UHGV virus genome: UHGV-0016284
Reading direction: 5' to 3' (one strand)
Source: a virus
Length of the DNA: 55,548 nucleotides
Part shown: positions 19,465 to 27,693 of the stretch, in pieces
Layout: every line of letters starts with the position of its first letter
Numbering within the stretch: the stretch's first letter is position 1
Position numbers and translations under genes: made by a program
Notes under the pieces: model-generated
Databases searched by the model: none
The model's input: the letters and a program-made list of their open reading frames with translations, nothing else
Told to the model about the DNA's origin: nothing

Positions 19465-19566
19465 TTATGGATTGACCAGAAGGAACAAACCGCCGAACAA
19501 AGCGACGTTAACAGCGATTGCCGCAGCGATGGCAAAAGCCAGGGCGAAAACGTGTTTACCGTCCAT
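19465..19566 (-). CDS. hydrophobic minipeptide (33 aa, one predicted TM helix)
   Basis: MDGKHVFALAFAIAAAIAVNVALFGGLFLLVNP; GAGAGG ribosome-binding site upstream; intergenic location between the HNH and initiator genes. Confidence 0.3.
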   Translation of the reverse strand: MDGKHVFALAFAIAAAIAVNVALFGGLFLLVNP

Positions 19567-19703
19567 TTTAAAATCCTCTCTGTAACGCTCTATAACGAGC
19601 TAATCGCAAAAAGGTAAGCAAGTGTAGCACCATATGCGATTTAGCTCGCTGGTGAGCTTGTTTTGTGGGTGATTTTGGATTTTTGGTAATGCCGAATGGT
19701 TGT

Positions 19704-20750
19704 TTATGGGAAATTCCGTGTCTTGCGGAGCGTTTCGGGCTTCAGCAGAAAATCTATATCAGCCCGCCAGCCAGTGTTGTTGTTGCCAAAGTAGAAGTCG
19801 GGGGCATGCTTGTTGAAGTACTCGAAGTAGTTGATGAATGCTGTGATGTTTTTCTCCTTCATGCTGTCAGCCAGTCTATGTATCTTTCTCTCCAGATCGC
19901 GATCAAGCTCTGCATACGGCAGTGAGTCGCCGAATGTGTTGTTGTAGGCTTCTACTACCTCAGCAGCATCAATAACCGCGCCTTTTTGTTTCCATTGATT
20001 TGCCTTATCAAGTTTCTCAGCAAACAGCGTCTTCCTGCATATATTGAGTGGCGACAACTCGCCAGGTTCTTTCCTCCACACGCTCGCCACCCAATCAATG
20101 ACCAGTTTGATATCGTCAGGTGTAAAGCCGTTTGCTAGCAGCGTAACGAAAGGGCGGCTATCCCTGCTTTTCCCGCCGAGTCTGTCGCGGAAGTAGCTAA
20201 GCATATCCATTGCCTTAATCTGGTTTTGCGAAAGACCATTATCAACCACACTTTCCCCCTGTAGGGGGATTATAGGGGGTATATCTTTTTCTTTTTTTAC
20301 CTTGTTATTATTTATATCTACCTTGTTAGAGTCCCCCTCTAGGGACTTTGACTTGGCAAATGAAAGTCCCCCTCTAGGGACTTTGACTTCTTCTGCGGGG
20401 ATGGGTAAAAGTCCCCCTCTAGGGACTTTGACTTCTTCTGCGAGAATGAAGTCTTCAATGCTCATATCTTCGTTTTTTTGTACGACCTCCTTAAACTTTT
20501 CACTGAACCTGTAGATGTTCGAGGTGTTATATCTTCTTTTTCTGGATAGTACCCCGTATCTTTCCAGGACTTTTATTGCTGCAATGACGGAATCCCTTTT
20601 TATGTGACACCTTCTGGCTAGCGTGTCTATGCTCGGGTAGCATTGGTTTTTATCGTGGTCAGCATACCAGGCCAAAGTAATGAGGACGTAACTTACATTG
20701 CGATCATCAATAAGAAGCCTGAACGCGCGATCCTGTAGTTCGTATGCCAT
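19704..20750 (-). CDS. replication initiator (lambda O-like organisation, origin iterons inside the gene)
   Basis: N-terminal HTH-like domain (PSIDTLARRCHIKRDSVIAAIKVLERYGVL); central linker EEVKVPRGGLLPIPAEEVKVPRGGL encoded by DNA iterons; first long gene of the leftward early operon. Confidence 0.6.
   Translation of the reverse strand: MAYELQDRAFRLLIDDRNVSYVLITLAWYADHDKNQCYPSIDTLARRCHIKRDSVIAAIKVLERYGVLSRKRRYNTSNIYRFSEKFKEVVQKNEDMSIEDFILAEEVKVPRGGLLPIPAEEVKVPRGGLSFAKSKSLEGDSNKVDINNNKVKKEKDIPPIIPLQGESVVDNGLSQNQIKAMDMLSYFRDRLGGKSRDSRPFVTLLANGFTPDDIKLVIDWVASVWRKEPGELSPLNICRKTLFAEKLDKANQWKQKGAVIDAAEVVEAYNNTFGDSLPYAELDRDLERKIHRLADSMKEKNITAFINYFEYFNKHAPDFYFGNNNTGWRADIDFLLKPETLRKTRNFP
20285..20440. 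repeat. origin-like iterons (3 copies of a 25-bp unit) with adjacent AT-rich tract
   Basis: agtccccctctagggactttgactt at 20330-20354, 20365-20389 and 20410-20434, each with an internal inverted repeat (agtccc/gggact); AT-rich ctttttctttttttaccttgttattatttatatc upstream. Confidence 0.55.
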
Positions 20751-20758
20751 ACATCACC

Positions 20759-21163
20759 TCAAAACGGCGCTGTTCTCTGTTGGAATTTATCCAGAAAATC
20801 ATCGCTACCATCAAGTTCTAATGCGTAAAACATATCGCAATCACCCTTGCCTGGCTTATCATGCTTGATGGCTATGATGTCCTTAATTTCTTTGTCTTTT
20901 ATGTCCTTATATGGCCCGCAAAATACAGGGTGATACGGGAAAACACCTTCGCGTAGTTTTTGGTATAAGTCAGATCTCGTTATTCCGGCCCACCAGGCTA
21001 ATCTAAACAGATTGTCTTCGCGGAACACCACATAGTAAGTGTTGTGGTATTGGCAATCGGCAAGATACATGGCGATCAGCCTGTCTTCCGCTTTCCAGTA
21101 ATAAGTCTTATCGATGATATCCCTTGCTGTAGCAGCAAGATTGATTGAGTCATCGTTAATCAT
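20759..21163 (-). CDS. hypothetical protein (134 aa), first gene of the leftward operon
   Basis: ATG at 21163 preceded by AGGAGA; track version starts at TTG 21241. Not Cro-like in size or sequence. Confidence 0.5.
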   Translation of the reverse strand: MINDDSINLAATARDIIDKTYYWKAEDRLIAMYLADCQYHNTYYVVFREDNLFRLAWWAGITRSDLYQKLREGVFPYHPVFCGPYKDIKDKEIKDIIAIKHDKPGKGDCDMFYALELDGSDDFLDKFQQRTAPF

Positions 21164-21380
21164 TCTTGTGTCTCCTATGGTTAGAGTGAACGCGCGGGCG
21201 GGCATCCCATTAGCATTAGATAGCAGTGACTGACCGCTCAACAGATCCCGCCGTTGCGTGATATTTGTTTTTCGCTTCGCAGCGACACCGGATTTTTAAA
21301 GAGCTTAAGTGGTTGGCCTTTTGTGCTTTCCGTTATCTTTTTTCTTGCATCATTGCAACTATGGCCTTACCTTGTTTGCA

Positions 21381-21425
21381 AGTTTACAGAATGGCGTTGA
21401 CAGGTCAAGGCTTTAAAAATACGTT
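21381..21425. promoter_or_regulatory. divergent overlapping promoters with palindromic -35 region (immunity-region control)
   Basis: Plus strand: TTGACA (21397-21402), 17-bp spacer, TACGTT. Minus strand: TTGACC (complement of 21403-21408), 16-bp spacer, TAAACT (complement of 21381-21386). The two -35 elements form the palindrome TTGACAGGTCAA. Confidence 0.4.
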
Positions 21426-21467
21426 TTGTGACTTGTATCAAACTTTTTTAGGTTATAGGGTAGCGAC

Positions 21468-22115
21468 ATGAAAACAAAATGGTATGACTTAGCAAAACAA
21501 CTCATGCGGGCGCAGGGCATGAGCCAGGATTCATTGGCTGATCTCATGGGGATAACCAAAGGTGGCCTTTCGCACTGGCTGAACGGTCGCCGTGAGCCAA
21601 ATCTTGAAGATATTGCGCGGATTATGCGGGCGCTTGGGCGTCGGCAGTTTACTGTCACACATGACGGGATGGTTATCGATGATTCTGTTTCTAACACTTT
21701 ACCGGGAGCGCCACCGCGTGATTTAGGCAGTTACCCGGTTGTTGACTGGAAGGATGTAGCAAACAATATGGAAGGCATACGCCGATCAACATTGCCACAT
21801 GTTACTACTAACGTTATTTGTTCGGATGATAGTTATTGGCTGGTAGCTAAAGGTGAATCAATGAACGCACCGCAGGGGTTAAGCATCCCTGCCGGTACTA
21901 TGATACTTATTGACCCGCACGCGCCAGCTATTGATGGTAAACTGGTTATAGCTCAACTCGAAGAAGGGCAAATACCGACGTTTAAACAATTGATTATTGA
22001 TGGAGGCCGAAAACTTTTGCGTTCACTGAATCCGTTGTATCCGCCGATCCCTATGAATCCAGAATCAAAAATCATTGGCGTGGTTGTTGATGCGAAGATC
22101 GTAAACCTGCCATAA
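21468..22115 (+). CDS. cI-like repressor (HTH_XRE N-terminus, LexA/S24 autopeptidase C-terminus)
   Basis: N-terminal HTH (MSQDSLADLMGITKGGLSHWLNGRREP); C-terminal S24 fold with GESM (Ser nucleophile) and downstream Lys (TFKQL). Confidence 0.8.
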   Translation: MKTKWYDLAKQLMRAQGMSQDSLADLMGITKGGLSHWLNGRREPNLEDIARIMRALGRRQFTVTHDGMVIDDSVSNTLPGAPPRDLGSYPVVDWKDVANNMEGIRRSTLPHVTTNVICSDDSYWLVAKGESMNAPQGLSIPAGTMILIDPHAPAIDGKLVIAQLEEGQIPTFKQLIIDGGRKLLRSLNPLYPPIPMNPESKIIGVVVDAKIVNLP

Positions 22116-22120
22116 ACATT

Positions 22121-22148
22121 AGCCGCCTGGTGGCGGCTTTTCTTTGTT
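22121..22148 (+). terminator. rho-independent terminator after the repressor gene
   Basis: Hairpin agccgcc-tggt-ggcggct followed by tttctttgtt. Confidence 0.65.
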
Positions 22149-22239
22149 CGAAAAAACACCAAAACGTAAACAGAAAACGCTATTTATTGTTTAAATATCA
22201 ATAGTATATAAAATATTTTAAAAAAGTATACAAAATGGA

Positions 22240-22268
22240 TTGACTCGGTGTTTTACGGGGCGTATATT
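22240..22268 (+). promoter_or_regulatory. strong sigma70-type promoter for the rightward operon
   Basis: TTGACT (22240-22245), 17-bp spacer, TATATT (22263-22268). Confidence 0.55.
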
Positions 22269-22312
22269 GCGAGTCAAAGGAGGTAGCAAGGCAGGGAAAG
22301 GGAAGGTTATTT

Positions 22313-22349
22313 GCTCTTTAACAATCTGGTCAGCCGCTGGAAGTGCGGC
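22313..22349 (+). promoter_or_regulatory. nut-like site: boxA-like sequence plus boxB-like hairpin
   Basis: GCTCTTTAA (22313-22321) resembles boxA (CGCTCTTA); hairpin GCCGC-tggaagt-GCGGC at 22333-22349 resembles boxB. Confidence 0.35.
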
Positions 22350-22406
22350 AATTAACGAAGATGATTTTTTTATTAAGTATCATCAAGGATATACGGAGAT
22401 CAGATT

Positions 22407-22697
22407 ATGAGCGTTACAATCATGTATGGCAAATGTGACAGTAAACTGAATGCCAGGGAACGCAGAAAAATAAAAAGAGAAAACGAAAGAAAATCATCAC
22501 CTGCAATTAATAAAACAGACAATGTGGATAAAGCTATTCGATTTGCAAACGAGGAAAGGTGCAAACCAAATAGCATTAAAGAACGTCGCAAAGGATCAGT
22601 AAAATGGTATATGGAAAATGAAAGCGGCAGCTACTACCACGCAACGCAACCACGCCATTTAGGGGAAAAACCCCTGGATAAAGTCCGCTATCATTAA
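22407..22697 (+). CDS. basic protein with arginine-rich motif, candidate N-like antiterminator
   Basis: First gene after the promoter and nut-like site; KLNARERRKIKRENERK near the N-terminus resembles an arginine-rich RNA-binding motif. Weak assignment. Confidence 0.35.
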   Translation: MSVTIMYGKCDSKLNARERRKIKRENERKSSPAINKTDNVDKAIRFANEERCKPNSIKERRKGSVKWYMENESGSYYHATQPRHLGEKPLDKVRYH

Positions 22698-22727
22698 TAC
22701 AAAATGTAAACATTCGGAGGTGACATT

Positions 22728-22850
22728 ATGGTTATTCAGGCGCTTCAATTCAAACTGGCAGTAGCGGAAATGCTTCATGATGCCGAAATGTGGAGCGCCG
22801 CGAATAAAGCCTTATACGTAGTGTTAACAGCGAAGGAGATTAAAGAGTGA
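22728..22850 (+). CDS. small hypothetical protein (40 aa)
   Basis: ATG at 22728; stop overlaps the erf start (GTGA); below the track cut-off. Confidence 0.25.
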   Translation: MVIQALQFKLAVAEMLHDAEMWSAANKALYVVLTAKEIKE

Positions 22851-23500
22851 AAACAGAGTTACACAAAAAACTGTGGACGATTCAGCAAACGCTGAACGCG
22901 CCGAAAAATCAGCGTAATAATTTTGGTGGATATAATTACAGGTCGGCGGAGGATATTTTAGAGGCGGTTAAACCACTGCTTCAAAATATCACGCTGACTG
23001 TTAGTGATGAAATTGTCCTGATCGGCAATCGCTATTATGTGAAAGCAACGGCTACACTAAGCGACGGCGAGGATGAAATTGCGGTAACTGCTTACGCCAG
23101 GGAAGAAGAAAGCAAGAAGGGCATGGATTGTTCACAGCTAACTGGCGCGACATCAAGTTATGCGCGTAAATACGCGTTGAACGGATTGTTCTGTATTGAT
23201 GATGCGCGAGATCCTGATACTGACGCATACGCTAAGCAGACAGGCCAGCAGCCTCGCCAACAGAAAAACCCACCAAAACAACAAACTAATCAGAAACCAC
23301 AGCAGCAGAAAGCGCCGCCAAATCCTGATGAAGTGTTAGCGCGTTTCTGTGATGCGGCAGCGAAAGCGCCGGACGCTAATAAGTTGCGCGAGATATTCGG
23401 GAAGTGCTGGAAGCTACTTCCTAAAGATTCAGAGCAGCAACAGAAAGCAAAAGACTGTTATGACATTCGCTTAAAAGAGCTTAAAGGGGAGATCAGTTAA
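22847..23500 (+). CDS. erf: Erf-family single-strand annealing recombinase
   Basis: Aligns by eye with P22 Erf: LNAPKNQ.N.FG.Y.YRS.EDILE.VKPLL......SDEIVLIG.RYYVKATAT..DGE......A.AREEE.KKGMD..Q.TGATSSYARKY.LNGLF.IDDA.D.DT. Confidence 0.8.
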   Translation: MKTELHKKLWTIQQTLNAPKNQRNNFGGYNYRSAEDILEAVKPLLQNITLTVSDEIVLIGNRYYVKATATLSDGEDEIAVTAYAREEESKKGMDCSQLTGATSSYARKYALNGLFCIDDARDPDTDAYAKQTGQQPRQQKNPPKQQTNQKPQQQKAPPNPDEVLARFCDAAAKAPDANKLREIFGKCWKLLPKDSEQQQKAKDCYDIRLKELKGEIS

Positions 23501-23919
23501 TGAGCTTAAATTCAATCACGCTGGGCGGTAATATCGGGAATGATATGGAGGTTCGCTACACGCAAAACGGTAAAGCTATTGGTAGCTTTCCGTTGGCTGT
23601 AACGAATGGCTACGGTGATAATAAACGGACTATGTGGATCACTTGCCTGGTATTTGGCGAGCGTGCGGAAAAATTAGCGCCACATATTCGTAAGGGTGGA
23701 AAAATAGTGGTAAGCGGTCGCCTGGATGTTCGGCAATATGACCGGAACGACGGCACGAAGGGAACTGCGGTAGAAGTGGCGGTTAATGAGTTCGAATTCA
23801 TGAACATTAACCAGCAAGGCCAGCAGCAAGGCCAGCAGCATAAAGCGCCTCCGCAGCAGCAGAATAATAACGGGAATAATCCGCCTCCGATGGACTTCGA
23901 TGACGATATTCCTTTTTAG
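23500..23919 (+). CDS. ssb: single-stranded DNA-binding protein (SSB)
   Basis: OB-fold N-terminus (MSLNSITLGGNIGNDMEVRYTQNGKAIGSFPLAV...), Gln/Gly/Pro-rich linker, acidic C-terminal tail DFDDDIPF. Confidence 0.85.
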   Translation: MSLNSITLGGNIGNDMEVRYTQNGKAIGSFPLAVTNGYGDNKRTMWITCLVFGERAEKLAPHIRKGGKIVVSGRLDVRQYDRNDGTKGTAVEVAVNEFEFMNINQQGQQQGQQHKAPPQQQNNNGNNPPPMDFDDDIPF

Positions 23920-23935
23920 AATCAATGTGTTAGCG

Positions 23936-24214
23936 ATGAGTGATTATCTAAAAACGCCACCGCCACCGCGAACAAAAGAGCAAGTTTTAAAAGAAGCCCG
24001 TGATCATATCGATCATGGGCTTTTTTTATGCGGCACGGCAGCGGAACGGATGGCAAAAAGATTTAGTGACCTGTACGCAAAACAAATATGGTTCGACAAC
24101 TGGCAGGCAAGTTTTTATCCGCTGCAAAGAAAACCGGATATGCATTGGCCTGAATATGTCGATCCACGTATGCGCAAATATCGCGGGCGTATGGGCCAGG
24201 TTATTAACGATTAA
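23936..24214 (+). CDS. hypothetical protein (92 aa)
   Basis: ORF in operon; start set to the internal ATG after the SSB stop. Confidence 0.4.
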   Translation: MSDYLKTPPPPRTKEQVLKEARDHIDHGLFLCGTAAERMAKRFSDLYAKQIWFDNWQASFYPLQRKPDMHWPEYVDPRMRKYRGRMGQVIND

Positions 24215-24228
24215 TGAGGTATCAAATC

Positions 24229-24453
24229 ATGATCGAAGAAAAGGAAATTGATAAAGAAATGCCTGATGGTCGTGATGAGCTTATTTGTTTTGATGGCGGC
24301 CTGTATGAGTTCGATACGTCGGCTGGGTGGACGGATAAGTGGCCGCAATTAACAAAACAGGAGCTTTTAAGCAGAAACAGTTTTGGTAATGACAAAGAAC
24401 GGCTGGCTAATAACAAATGGCTTGATAAGTTAATTGCGGAGGGTGGCAAATGA
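24229..24453 (+). CDS. hypothetical protein (74 aa)
   Basis: GAGG ribosome-binding site before ATG 24229. Confidence 0.4.
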   Translation: MIEEKEIDKEMPDGRDELICFDGGLYEFDTSAGWTDKWPQLTKQELLSRNSFGNDKERLANNKWLDKLIAEGGK

Positions 24454-24563
24454 GCTTTGCAAAAATTGCCGCATTGCTTGCGGCTTTATCTATCGCTGTG
24501 CTGTATCTCAGCGTATCTCTTTATATCACGGTAGCGATTATTAAACTCATTACTAACATGTGA
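24450..24563 (+). CDS. hydrophobic minipeptide (37 aa)
   Basis: MSFAKIAALLAALSIAVLYLSVSLYITVAIIKLITNM; ATGA overlap with the upstream stop. Confidence 0.35.
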   Translation: MSFAKIAALLAALSIAVLYLSVSLYITVAIIKLITNM

Positions 24564-24571
24564 GGCCAATC

Positions 24572-24691
24572 ATGAAAGTCGGTAAGGACATTGTGACTGT
24601 CGCGTTTTGCATTATTTGCTTCCTGTTTGTGGTTGTTTTTTGTGGCGCATTTGCCGCGCTGGTTAGCCTTATTTTCAGGGGGTTACTGTGA
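24572..24691 (+). CDS. hydrophobic minipeptide (39 aa)
   Basis: MKVGKDIVTVAFCIICFLFVVVFCGAFAALVSLIFRGLL; GAGG ribosome-binding site upstream; stop overlaps the next start. Confidence 0.35.
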   Translation: MKVGKDIVTVAFCIICFLFVVVFCGAFAALVSLIFRGLL

Positions 24692-24963
24692 TGAAAACAT
24701 GGGATGCAAAGGCTGGTGATCTTGTCGTGTTGCCTGAATATCGTGATGACCCTGGCCTGGTTGTACTGAATAAGATGTGTAACGATCTCGAACGTCCATT
24801 ACTGGTTAAATACCTGGACGGAACAATCATAGAGCCGCGTTTCTTTGATGATATTGAACTGAAGGCCCGCAATGTTCGCGTTAAGCCGTTCCGGGCTTAT
24901 GTTGAAAACCACTGGCGGAAATTGTTTGCCGGACTGAATGGGATGTTTGGCGTATGGCTATAA
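24691..24963 (+). CDS. hypothetical protein (90 aa)
   Basis: ORF in operon (alternative GTG start at 24688). Confidence 0.4.
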   Translation: MKTWDAKAGDLVVLPEYRDDPGLVVLNKMCNDLERPLLVKYLDGTIIEPRFFDDIELKARNVRVKPFRAYVENHWRKLFAGLNGMFGVWL

Positions 24964-25145
24964 AATTAGTGAAAGTTAAAGACCTGAAAGGCGGCGAAAA
25001 GATCCGCACATGGTATGGCTATAAATTTATTGTCGCTGCCTTTTCTTTCGGGCCAGGGGGTCAAGTAACATTATTTGATGAAGAAGACGACGAGGTGGGT
25101 AAATGGCATCTTGAACAATATGTTGAGGTGTTAAATGAAAATTAA
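24954..25145 (+). CDS. hypothetical protein (63 aa)
   Basis: ORF in operon, overlapping neighbours. Confidence 0.35.
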   Translation: MAIKLVKVKDLKGGEKIRTWYGYKFIVAAFSFGPGGQVTLFDEEDDEVGKWHLEQYVEVLNEN

Positions 25146-25467
25146 ATTACATAAGGCCTATGATAGCGAAACAAATAAGCTATCACTATTTATTGTGTTC
25201 GAACGCCGGATCGTGTGTGTACCGTGGGCGCGTCGCTTTAATGATGCAGCAGGGCGGCGGCAGTTCGCGTTAGACATGTTGTTACGCGGTTGCGGCCTTA
25301 TGCGCCCACTATCTGATTTAAAACGGATGATGCCTGGATCGTTCGGTCAGATTGATGAAATCGAAGTAAGCCAGGACGAGCTAAAACGGGCGCGTGATTT
25401 GTTCCTTTCAAGCGAAGGAAACCCGTTTAATTCAGAAACTGAAATGAAATGGCATCACCCACTATAA
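25135..25467 (+). CDS. hypothetical protein (110 aa)
   Basis: ORF in operon. Confidence 0.4.
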   Translation: MKIKLHKAYDSETNKLSLFIVFERRIVCVPWARRFNDAAGRRQFALDMLLRGCGLMRPLSDLKRMMPGSFGQIDEIEVSQDELKRARDLFLSSEGNPFNSETEMKWHHPL

Positions 25468-25480
25468 AAGGATAAATATC

Positions 25481-26101
25481 ATGAACGACATCAAAACAGC
25501 TTATTCACTTGGCAGCAATGGCATGTTAATCACTCGCTACACTGAAGATGCAAGTTTTCATGAAGTGGAAACGAAGGATTATCACGAAGTATTAAAAGAT
25601 ATGGAAGCTGGCGCGTATGACGCTGATTTAAACCTGGCTATGCAGATTGTTGATATTATGATGGACGCGTCGATCCGCGATTATGTGTCTTTAAACGCTG
25701 AAGAAAAAACTGCCGTAGCTCGTTATGTCTTCTGCCTTGCTTTCGTAAAACGCATGGAAGAAGAATTTGGACGAGTACCAGTGCCGGAAGAAATTGACCC
25801 ACTGGCGTTCGGAAGTGCTGTTATTTTCCCGTTAGATGAAAATCATACGGGTAGCGTTGCGCTGTATTCTGTGCGCGGCGTAATGAAAAAAGTATTCGAG
25901 GCTAAAGCGTTACAGAAGTGTATTGATGAAGGGCACAAAGAGGAAGAAGTAAAGGCGATCATGCCATTATTTTACGGCGAAATGGTTGGCAATAATATGC
26001 GCGCAAATGATTTAGGTGTACAGGCAGCTATAGCTGTGCTTAATGACGCGCGGAAAGACGCACAGCTAGTGCCTGAACCTGAAAAACGCGTACTTCATTA
26101 A
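25481..26101 (+). CDS. hypothetical protein (206 aa)
   Basis: ORF in operon; no motif recognised. Confidence 0.5.
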   Translation: MNDIKTAYSLGSNGMLITRYTEDASFHEVETKDYHEVLKDMEAGAYDADLNLAMQIVDIMMDASIRDYVSLNAEEKTAVARYVFCLAFVKRMEEEFGRVPVPEEIDPLAFGSAVIFPLDENHTGSVALYSVRGVMKKVFEAKALQKCIDEGHKEEEVKAIMPLFYGEMVGNNMRANDLGVQAAIAVLNDARKDAQLVPEPEKRVLH

Positions 26102-26104
26102 CAT

Positions 26105-26120
26105 TGTGATTGCGATCACA
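26105..26120. promoter_or_regulatory. perfect CRP-consensus-type palindrome TGTGA-N6-TCACA
   Basis: tgtgattgcgatcaca at 26105-26120 in a 100-bp intergenic gap; further TGTGA half-sites just downstream (tgtgatcgca, ttttgtgaact). Confidence 0.4.
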
Positions 26121-26200
26121 TAAATATACATTTTGTTTTGTGATCGCATGTCCGTTTTGTGAACTGAAATCAAAAGGTTTACGGCGCGGAGGAAAACAAG

Positions 26201-26419
26201 ATGGCCCGCGAATTAATGCTTTATTGCGTTGAGGGTGGCGTAGGCCATGATGCCTATGTCGCAGGGAAAAGCTATCCAGCCGATGAAGTACTTTCTAACA
26301 TGCACTTCCGGGAAAATGAAAGCCGGGTGTCTGTGTGGAAACGGTGCATTGATGGTATTGAAGTTGTAAGTATCGAACGGTATTTAGGCACATTTGATTA
26401 CGGTGTTATTGAGGCTTAA
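26201..26419 (+). CDS. hypothetical protein (72 aa)
   Basis: Strong GGAGGA ribosome-binding site before the ATG. Confidence 0.45.
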   Translation: MARELMLYCVEGGVGHDAYVAGKSYPADEVLSNMHFRENESRVSVWKRCIDGIEVVSIERYLGTFDYGVIEA

Positions 26420-26421
26420 TT

Positions 26422-26514
26422 ATGGACGACACATTGTTTTATATGTGCTGTTGCTGGGGTTTTATTGCCTTATGCCTGTTTATCAGGTGGTTTATTGAAT
26501 ACCATATGAGGTGA
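26422..26514 (+). CDS. hydrophobic Cys-rich minipeptide (30 aa)
   Basis: MDDTLFYMCCCWGFIALCLFIRWFIEYHMR; GAGG ribosome-binding site; packed between two ORFs. Confidence 0.3.
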   Translation: MDDTLFYMCCCWGFIALCLFIRWFIEYHMR

Positions 26515-26517
26515 TAT

Positions 26518-26712
26518 ATGGAACAAAAAACTGATTATAGAATACCTGATAACCTAATATTAGTTGGCATTGGTTTTGGGTGTAGATTTGTATCTGACAC
26601 AAAAGGGGAAATTTATTTAGTGCGCATCATTGATGGCGTTCAGCATATAAGAAGGCTAGGACTTTACATCAAAGCATTCAGAAGAGGTTATTTAAAAGCT
26701 CATGAAATTTAA
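26518..26712 (+). CDS. hypothetical protein (64 aa)
   Basis: ORF with GAGGTGA ribosome-binding site. Confidence 0.4.
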   Translation: MEQKTDYRIPDNLILVGIGFGCRFVSDTKGEIYLVRIIDGVQHIRRLGLYIKAFRRGYLKAHEI

Positions 26713-26905
26713 ACACTATAGGGAATGGAAAATTCCAGAATCAGCAACAAAGGCAGCGCCAGGTAATGTTTCTGGCGTTTATTTTTATATGGATGGCAAA
26801 TGGTATTTCGGCAGCAGGCCGGATCATTTCTATCTCGAGTTATGCAAGCCGCACACATGGGATATTAAAGAGCGCGTGAAAGATGGGGTAATTGATGAGG
26901 TTTAA
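26702..26905 (+). CDS. hypothetical protein (67 aa)
   Basis: ORF in operon. Confidence 0.4.
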   Translation: MKFKHYREWKIPESATKAAPGNVSGVYFYMDGKWYFGSRPDHFYLELCKPHTWDIKERVKDGVIDEV

Positions 26906-26910
26906 ATCCT

Positions 26911-27144
26911 ATGGCTTTATTCAATATGTCAGAGCCGCAATTTAACGCCGTAAAAATTGCCGCCCGCGCCGCGCTTTCGGCCTGCAAAGCGGAGGTAGAA
27001 AAGAACGGCTACAGCGATAAAGCCACGCGGCTGATACTCGACAAGCATTATCGCAAGGTCGCCCCGCTAATCAGTATTGAGCGTTTTGTGTGGTTGGTGG
27101 GGTATCTGAATAACCGCTGGGGAACAGATCAGGATTATTTCTAA
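26911..27144 (+). CDS. hypothetical protein (77 aa)
   Basis: ORF in operon. Confidence 0.4.
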   Translation: MALFNMSEPQFNAVKIAARAALSACKAEVEKNGYSDKATRLILDKHYRKVAPLISIERFVWLVGYLNNRWGTDQDYF

Positions 27145-27153
27145 GGGGGCGTA

Positions 27154-27693
27154 ATGAAAAATGATTACGGCGGCAGCCATACGCCGAAAGAAATAAAAGA
27201 CTTATGGCAAACGCCAAAACCCGTTTTTAGAGGAATGGATCGCGAGTTCGAGTTTGTCGCAGATGTGGCAGCAAACGAAGCAAACGCATTAATACCGCGA
27301 TATATAACCGAAGAAATGGACACGCTCCATTATCCGTGGGGAGCGGTGGCAATGCCTGGTGAGTATGTCTGGATGAATCCGCCATATTCTAATCCGGGGC
27401 CATTCGTTGATAAGGCGGCGATAGAACATCAACGAAATCACATTGGCTGTGTAATGTTATTGCCCGCTGACATTTCTGTTAGCTGGTTTATGAACGGCGT
27501 GGAGACGGCAAACGAATGCCGATTAATCACGCGCGGGCGGCTGGCGTTTATCAATGCTGCAACAGGTAAACCAGCAAGTGGAAACAATAAAGGGAGCTTG
27601 TTCTTGATCTGGCATCCACGATGCAGACATGAATGTATTTTCACGCAGATAACACGTAAAGAGCTATATGCAAGAGGTGCAGAAAATGAATAA
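27154..27693 (+). CDS. DNA N6-adenine methyltransferase (phage Dam-like, orphan)
   Basis: Catalytic NPPY motif (VWMNPPYSNPGPF); size and context typical of lambdoid nin-region Dam methyltransferases. Confidence 0.75.
   Translation: MKNDYGGSHTPKEIKDLWQTPKPVFRGMDREFEFVADVAANEANALIPRYITEEMDTLHYPWGAVAMPGEYVWMNPPYSNPGPFVDKAAIEHQRNHIGCVMLLPADISVSWFMNGVETANECRLITRGRLAFINAATGKPASGNNKGSLFLIWHPRCRHECIFTQITRKELYARGAENE

Noticed and set aside
21413-21697. Minus-strand ORF (94 aa) overlapping the repressor gene
   Set aside because: Antisense to a well-supported repressor gene; no ribosome-binding site; likely spurious.
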